In this document: piece after piece, positions 17,046-24,412 of the stretch
Layout of the letters: each line of letters begins with the position of its first letter
Position numbering within the stretch: the stretch's first letter is position 1
Assembly (NCBI GenBank): GCA_045863295.1
Contig: BTWA01000058.1
Location: forward strand, 1 to 24,412
DNA from: Candidatus Hydrogenedentota bacterium
GTDB lineage: Bacteria; Hydrogenedentota; Hydrogenedentia; Hydrogenedentales; SLHB01
Length of the DNA: 24,412 nt
Direction: 5' to 3'
Made by a program: the position numbers and the translations under genes
The notes under the pieces: generated by a model
Told to the model about the DNA's origin: nothing
What the model saw: the letters and a program-made list of their open reading frames with translations, nothing else
Database searches by the model: none

Positions 17046-18839
17046 GGCCTCATCTGCAAATATATTGGGAAGCGCGTTGGCCCACCCTTGCATGCCGCGC
17101 GTCGTCACTGGGATTTCCCGTTCGACATGGATATTGCGATGCTGGCAGAATTCGCGAAAATCCTTGATGGATAGCGAGTGTCGATTCGGCGTGTTATGCC
17201 AGGAGTAGGGCAAGGCTGCGGTGACTGGCGCCTTGCCTTTTAACAGCATCTTCGCGCGCACCTTCCAAAAACCGAAGTTGGGAAAGCTCACGATGCACCG
17301 CTTGCCTACCCGGCGCATCTCATCCAATACAAACTCTGGCTTTTCGACCACCTGGAGCGTCATGCTCAGGATCACGTAATCAAAACTCTGATCCGGAAGA
17401 TACGACAACCCATCGTCAATGTTGCCCTGAATCACCGAGATACCCCGGCGCGCACAGGATACGATGTTGCCTTGTGCCAGTTCGAGGCCTGATCCGCGCA
17501 CATTCTTCTGAACTACAAGCCGCTGCAACAATTCGCCGTTGCCACATCCGACATCGAGTACCCGGCTTCGATCGTCCACCAGATCCACGATGGTGTCGTA
17601 ATCGATTCGATGCCCTTCGTAGATGCTGTGCTGTACCTTCGTGGGCGGGCCAAAATCCGCTTCCGAATCGATCTCGATGGGATCCTGCCGGTGAAGCAAG
17701 TCCGGTTTGGAAGTGTGTTGCAGGAATCCGCCGATCAGCTTTTCCATAACGCTGACTTCCAGCAGAAATGCGTCGTGACCGTAATCCGATTGAATATTGC
17801 AATACGAGACGTCTTTACCTTGCCGCTTCAATGCATCCACGATTTCACGCGATTGATAAGGAGGATAGAGCCAGTCCGACGAGTACGACAACACCATGGT
17901 TTTGCATTGCACTTGCGCCATGGCTTTGTCCAGCGATTCGTGCTGTGTGCCCACGTCGAAATAGTTGATGGCTTTTGTAATGTACAGGTAACTATTCGCG
18001 TCGAAGCGGTTTACGAACTGCTCGCCCTGGTAGTCCAGGTAGGTCTCAACGGAAAATTCGCTCGAAAAGTCGTATCCATACTCACTGCGATTGCGTAATG
18101 CGCGGCCAAATTTGATGCGCATCGATTGATCGGACAAGTAAGTAATATGAGCCAGCATCCGGGCGATGGCCAGCCCCTCGCGGGGTATGGATCCCGACTC
18201 ATAGTAATCGCCATCGCAAAACGCGGGGTCCGCTTGAATGGCGTGACGCCCCACGGCGTCAAAGGCTATACCCTGGGGGCTCAAACGATGGGTCGTTGCT
18301 ATTGGAATGGCGGATTGCAGCTTGTCGGGATAACGCGTCATCCATTCGAGTGTCTGCATGCCGCCCATGGATCCTCCGGCCACGCACAACAGCTTGTCGA
18401 TTCCCATGCTATCGACCAGTTGCCGTTGTGCGCGCACCATATCGCCGATAGTCACGATGGGAAACGTCAATCCATACGGCATTCCCGTTGCGGGATTGAT
18501 GGAGGATGGACCGGTCGATCCGCGGCAACCGCCAATGACGTTGGAACAAATTACAAAATACTTGCTGGTATCGAATCCTTTGCCTGGCCCGATCATATCG
18601 TCCCACCAGCCAGGCTTCCGATCAGTGGCGGAATGATATCCCGCTGCGTGGGCATCGCCTGAAAGGGCATGGCAAATCAGAATGGCATTGGATTTCGTCG
18701 CGTTCAGCGTGCCGTATGTTTCGTATGCCAACGTAACCGGACCCAGCTTGCGTCCGCAGTCGAGTTCAAGTTCATTCGGGGGTTCCGCGAACGTGAAGTG
18801 CTGGGTCGAAACCGTGCCTACGGAACTCTGTTCCGTCAT
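17019..18839 (-). CDS. metX: Homoserine O-acyltransferase MetX fused to a C-terminal MetW (SAM-binding fold) domain, 606 aa
   Basis: Start moved to ATG 18839 (AGGAAAGG upstream; removes overlap with the upstream gene). MetX motifs: CHALSGDAH, GWWD, GGSMGG, RFDANSY, SDWLY, GHDAFL. After a linker, MetW motifs: RVLDVGCGNG, SFDYVILSMTLQ, VSFPNFGFW, LPYSWHNTPN. Confidence 0.93.
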   Translation of the reverse strand: MTEQSSVGTVSTQHFTFAEPPNELELDCGRKLGPVTLAYETYGTLNATKSNAILICHALSGDAHAAGYHSATDRKPGWWDDMIGPGKGFDTSKYFVICSNVIGGCRGSTGPSSINPATGMPYGLTFPIVTIGDMVRAQRQLVDSMGIDKLLCVAGGSMGGMQTLEWMTRYPDKLQSAIPIATTHRLSPQGIAFDAVGRHAIQADPAFCDGDYYESGSIPREGLAIARMLAHITYLSDQSMRIKFGRALRNRSEYGYDFSSEFSVETYLDYQGEQFVNRFDANSYLYITKAINYFDVGTQHESLDKAMAQVQCKTMVLSYSSDWLYPPYQSREIVDALKRQGKDVSYCNIQSDYGHDAFLLEVSVMEKLIGGFLQHTSKPDLLHRQDPIEIDSEADFGPPTKVQHSIYEGHRIDYDTIVDLVDDRSRVLDVGCGNGELLQRLVVQKNVRGSGLELAQGNIVSCARRGISVIQGNIDDGLSYLPDQSFDYVILSMTLQVVEKPEFVLDEMRRVGKRCIVSFPNFGFWKVRAKMLLKGKAPVTAALPYSWHNTPNRHSLSIKDFREFCQHRNIHVEREIPVTTRGMQGWANALPNIFADEALFVISGRK

Positions 18840-18867
18840 GCGTTTGTAACCTTTCCTGGCTGGAACT

Positions 18868-19869
18868 TTACGGCTTGGGCGGCGAGTGTGGAACAGTCGT
18901 GGCGGCAAAAACGTTCCAACGCTCTTCGATTGCAGTCGCCGGGGGCAGCCCGGCGTGCACATACAGACCGTAGCGCAAATTCAGCGGGCTGCCTTTAAGG
19001 ATCACGATCGGATGCCCCAATGTTAGGGACGACCCCATCCATCCATCGTCGCGTACATGAAACGGCGAAGGATGATTCGGATTCGAAGGATGATCCATAA
19101 ATGTGATGCCTTCAATCACGCCGGTGGCGACAGGACCGGAATAGTCCACCCAACGCGCGGGTTTCCGGAACACGGCCTCGCCATTCACGGCGCCTTCCGA
19201 ATTCCGGATGGTTCCTCCGCCATCGTTTACACCCATTGTCTTCGCCATGCGTACTGCCAACATGCCAAACCCGCTATCATCAATCAGCACTTCGTCCCCT
19301 GCCGGCGTAAACGTTAAATCAAATACCATCAACCATTCGCCTTGACCAAGGTCTACGGTTCGAATCGTCCGTGTTTCATAGATGACCGGCTTGTCTTCAT
19401 TCAGCCAGATATTCTCTGCCGTCAATGAGGACTCTGTGTCTCCATCCACAAGATCAGTGACTTTTTGATGGGCAATCCGGGTTTCGGGCTTGTCCGCCCA
19501 GAAATTAAAGCCACCGACCTTTTCGTGAGAAATCCAGATGGAATTGTGATGAGAATGATCCACTGGATCGTGCGGATGACCAATTCGCGTAACTGGCCGG
19601 CCAGATGGGCCCATCACCGGGAACAGGAACGGTCGCCTAAGGTCGGCTCCGTAGTGATATCGGGCAATCTCCATGCCATCCCGCTGGAATGACACCTGAT
19701 CATGCGCCTGGGGTACTGCCTGCATGCGGGGAACAGGTTTAGCGCCAGGAAGATCCTCCGAAGTAGCCCTGGGTACCAGGCAAAGGAAAACCAAGGCCGC
19801 CCAAAAACACGACCGTCCCCTTCTGCCGTATTCGTTCTTTTGCAAGTGCGTCGCACGTTTGCGTTTCAA
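18868..19869 (-). CDS. Secreted DUF6807/PF14100 ('PmoA'-named) family beta-sandwich protein, function unknown
   Basis: Hydrophobic signal, then RPFLFPVMGPSG, DHSHHNSIWISH, NFW, FGMLAVRMA, ARWVDYSG, MDHPSNP and HVRDDG, which resemble the family pattern. It is soluble, so not true particulate methane monooxygenase. Confidence 0.75.
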   Translation of the reverse strand: MKRKRATHLQKNEYGRRGRSCFWAALVFLCLVPRATSEDLPGAKPVPRMQAVPQAHDQVSFQRDGMEIARYHYGADLRRPFLFPVMGPSGRPVTRIGHPHDPVDHSHHNSIWISHEKVGGFNFWADKPETRIAHQKVTDLVDGDTESSLTAENIWLNEDKPVIYETRTIRTVDLGQGEWLMVFDLTFTPAGDEVLIDDSGFGMLAVRMAKTMGVNDGGGTIRNSEGAVNGEAVFRKPARWVDYSGPVATGVIEGITFMDHPSNPNHPSPFHVRDDGWMGSSLTLGHPIVILKGSPLNLRYGLYVHAGLPPATAIEERWNVFAATTVPHSPPKP

Positions 19870-19895
19870 CTGCGCGTTCCCCGGTCAAAAGCCAA

Positions 19896-22159
<2,264 letters not shown>

Positions 22160-22245
22160 GCGTAGTACCCTCCGAAATGAGTTGGATTCGCCGGTGAAGA
22201 AGGGGTCCGGCAAGCCTAACCCAGCCCCTTTTCGCACGCCCGGCG

Positions 22246-22274
22246 ATGGTAGCACTCAGATTCCACGTAGTCAA
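22246..22274 (-). promoter_or_regulatory. Sigma-70-type promoter of the cysK-metY-metXW operon
   Basis: Minus strand TTGACT-N17-TACCAT with an extended -10 TGn motif (TGC-TACCAT). Confidence 0.65.
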
Positions 22275-22424
22275 TCGGCCAATCCCATGATACACAGGGG
22301 ATTGCGACATGAAATCAATATATATGTTTAAACTTATCGTAATATATAGGATTTGGCGCGGCCTTTCAAGAACCCGATCCAAATTCATGTGAAATTGCAC
22401 GGAAATCACTGGCATCGAGTGCAA

Positions 22425-22453
22425 TTGCGCGCTAACGGCGACGATGCTAGGAT
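22425..22453 (+). promoter_or_regulatory. Candidate sigma-70-type promoter of the rightward genes
   Basis: TTGCGC-N17-TAGGAT with extended -10 (TGC-TAGGAT), about 70 bp before ATG 22522. Confidence 0.5.
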
Positions 22454-22521
22454 AGCCCCGGCGTATTTAGGTTGTGAATCTTCACCAAGCGGTGTCGCTA
22501 TACCAAGTGGGGACCATAGTG

Positions 22522-23274
22522 ATGGGGAATTACGAGAGTCCGAAGCCAAATCGCACCCTGCCGTGTCTGGTATTGGGCTGTGTGGGTGTCCTTATTGCCG
22601 TAACCGCGCTGGGCGTACTTGTGGGCTTTTTTGCCTACAAAGGGATGACCGGACTTGTCGAGAATTTCACCGATGTTGAGCCCATGGAATTGCCGGATCC
22701 AGGCGTTACCGAAGCCGATTATGAATCGGCCAAAGCGCGCCTGGACGCCTTCAAGGCTGCCGTTCAGTCGAATCAGCCAACAGACCCTCTGATTATCACC
22801 AGCAAAGATATTAACTCCATGATCAAGTTCGACCCTGAATTTCAGGGCGGCAGGGACAATATGGTGGTCACGATAGAAGGCGACCGGGTCATCGGCCAGT
22901 GCAGCGTTCCCTTGGACGCCATCAGCGAGGCCATAGCTTTGCCGGGCGTTGGGATTTTGAAAGGCCGGCATTTCAACGGCACAGCGGAATTCGACGTTTT
23001 CATGCGTAATGGCCTGCTCTACGTTCATCTGATGGGGTTGTCCATCAAAGGAGAACCCATCCCAGAAGAATTCACCATGGAAATGCAAAAACAGAATCTG
23101 GCGGAAGATTTTAATCGTCAGGGTCAGCTCGATCCCGTCATGCAGGTCATTGACAGCATCGAAGTTAAGGATGGACAAATCACGGTGACGCCCAAGAACT
23201 CCACCGGGGCTGCCACGACGCCCGAAACGGAAGTGCCGCTGGAACAGCAGGACTCCGCGCCCGCGGAGGTCTAG
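22522..23274 (+). CDS. Hypothetical single-pass membrane protein (250 aa), possibly LmeA/YpmS-like
   Basis: Start probably ATG 22522 or GTG 22519. Transmembrane helix CLVLGCVGVLIAVTALGVLVGFFAY, then a soluble alpha/beta region and an acidic low-complexity tail. Confidence 0.7.
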   Translation: MGNYESPKPNRTLPCLVLGCVGVLIAVTALGVLVGFFAYKGMTGLVENFTDVEPMELPDPGVTEADYESAKARLDAFKAAVQSNQPTDPLIITSKDINSMIKFDPEFQGGRDNMVVTIEGDRVIGQCSVPLDAISEAIALPGVGILKGRHFNGTAEFDVFMRNGLLYVHLMGLSIKGEPIPEEFTMEMQKQNLAEDFNRQGQLDPVMQVIDSIEVKDGQITVTPKNSTGAATTPETEVPLEQQDSAPAEV

Positions 23275-23313
23275 TGCTCGCTTTGAGGCGATTTTTTCCA
23301 GCGGAGCATAGTC

Positions 23314-24324
23314 ATGGCTCCGAGTAGCCGCCACGCTTGGCTTTGGCGTGTGCTTGCATCACCCCTGACTCGTGCGTTGCTCGCATTGGTTGCGGTAGTA
23401 GTGGCCGGTCTGATTTTCAGTGCCGATGGCGCGTTCTACAAATGGGGCACCCACCGCGATATGCTGCGGCAAGTATCCGTATACGGCATCCTCGCGGCAG
23501 GTATGACTGTGGTCATTGTCACCGCTGGCATCGACCTTTCCGTCGGTAGTGTACTTGGACTCTCCGCAGTGCTCTTTTCGGTTTTCACCTTACACTGGCA
23601 GTGGTCCGCCTGGAGCGCCGTACCGGCCTGCCTGATCATCGGTGTGCTGCTGGGAGCAACGTCGGGCAGTGTTATCGCGCGATTTGGCGTCCAACCCTTT
23701 ATTGCCACGCTTGCGATGATGGTGTTTGCGCGCGGGTTCGCAAAGTTCGTTACGGATGGCCAGAAAATATCCAACTACATACAGAAGCCGGATGGCACGT
23801 TTGAAATGGTGGAGACGCCGGCCATTTTCGATTGGATCGACAGCAGTTATCTCGGAAACAATCTCGCCGCTGTCACTATTATCATGGCCGTGTGTTTCTT
23901 CGTAACGGGTATCGTGCTTTCTCGGCTGCGCAGTGGCCGGTACGTGTACGCTACCGGCGGCAATGAAGACGCCGCATGGCTCTCGGGGGTTCCGGTACGA
24001 ATGACCAAAATTCTGGCCTACAGCCTATCAGGTCTTTTCGCTTCCGTCGCGGGCATATGCCAAGCCGCCCAGGAACGGCAAGGCGATCCGGAAGCAGGGG
24101 TATCCTACGAATTGACGGCAATTGCGATCGTGGTAATCGGCGGCACAAGTCTCATGGGAGGACGTGGAGGCATTCTACTGACGGTCCTTGGCACGCTTAC
24201 CATCGGATATCTTGAAAAAATCCTCAGCATCAACGCCGTTGGCGAGGCCGGCCGGCTCATGCTGACCGGCGGTATCATTGTCGCCGCGGTCTTGTTTCAA
24301 CGGGGCAAGAAAGTCTATACCTGA
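23314..24324 (+). CDS. Monosaccharide ABC transporter permease (RbsC/CUT2 family)
   Basis: GMTVVIVTAGIDLSVGS, PFIATLAMM, YATGGNEDAAWLSGV and YELTAIAIVVIGGTSLMGGRG, with many transmembrane helices. Confidence 0.93.
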   Translation: MAPSSRHAWLWRVLASPLTRALLALVAVVVAGLIFSADGAFYKWGTHRDMLRQVSVYGILAAGMTVVIVTAGIDLSVGSVLGLSAVLFSVFTLHWQWSAWSAVPACLIIGVLLGATSGSVIARFGVQPFIATLAMMVFARGFAKFVTDGQKISNYIQKPDGTFEMVETPAIFDWIDSSYLGNNLAAVTIIMAVCFFVTGIVLSRLRSGRYVYATGGNEDAAWLSGVPVRMTKILAYSLSGLFASVAGICQAAQERQGDPEAGVSYELTAIAIVVIGGTSLMGGRGGILLTVLGTLTIGYLEKILSINAVGEAGRLMLTGGIIVAAVLFQRGKKVYT

Positions 24325-24377
24325 GTACGTATAATGGGCGCATTGCGGAACAACCAAGCGCCAGGGGAGATACGGGC

Positions 24378-24412
24378 ATGGTTTCTCGATTCGCTTCGGT
24401 TTTCGTGGTTGC
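24378..24412 (+). CDS. Probable 5' end of the next gene (MVSRFASVFVV..., signal-like), truncated at the right edge
   Basis: GGGGAG upstream of ATG 24378 and an open frame to the edge. Only 11 codons are visible, so the product cannot be determined. Confidence 0.4.
   Translation, partial: MVSRFASVFVV

Noticed and set aside
18868..19869. Methane monooxygenase (pmoA) interpretation
   Set aside because: The protein is soluble and beta-rich, with no pmoB or pmoC nearby. The family name is misleading.
22160..22400. SAM-I (S-box) riboswitch or T-box upstream of the Cys/Met operon
   Set aside because: Hallmark sequences are not visible by eye and the predicted leader is only about 80 nt. An Rfam scan would be decisive.
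22410..22428. Second sigma-54-like element TGGCATCGAGTGCAATTGC
   Set aside because: The GG-to-GC spacing is wrong (2 nt too short or 4 nt too long).
22498..23334. 278-aa minus-strand ORF
   Set aside because: Antisense to the plus-strand gene, which has a promoter candidate, a transmembrane anchor and the same orientation as the permease.

Overview
A gene-dense bacterial chromosomal window with no recognisable mobile element, CRISPR array, tRNA or rRNA. It holds five blocks. (1) A minus-strand rnfB gene followed by a very large single-chain pyruvate:ferredoxin oxidoreductase. The oxidoreductase runs off the left edge and is missing from the ORF track. A sigma-54 promoter and a symmetric upstream site precede rnfB. 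(2) A promoter-to-terminator three-gene operon of lipoproteins that all begin Gly-Cys-Pro: one internalin-like LRR protein and two paralogous BACON/Ig-repeat + VWA + cohesin-like proteins. This is the best candidate for an undescribed system. (3) A secreted serine-hydrolase/DUF5060-DUF4038 glycosidase-like fusion and a membrane alpha/beta hydrolase. (4) A sulfur amino-acid operon, cysK-metY-(DUF6807/PF14100-like secreted protein)-metX::metW fusion. (5) A membrane-anchored hypothetical protein and a sugar ABC permease. All domain names come from recognising motifs by eye; no database search was run.
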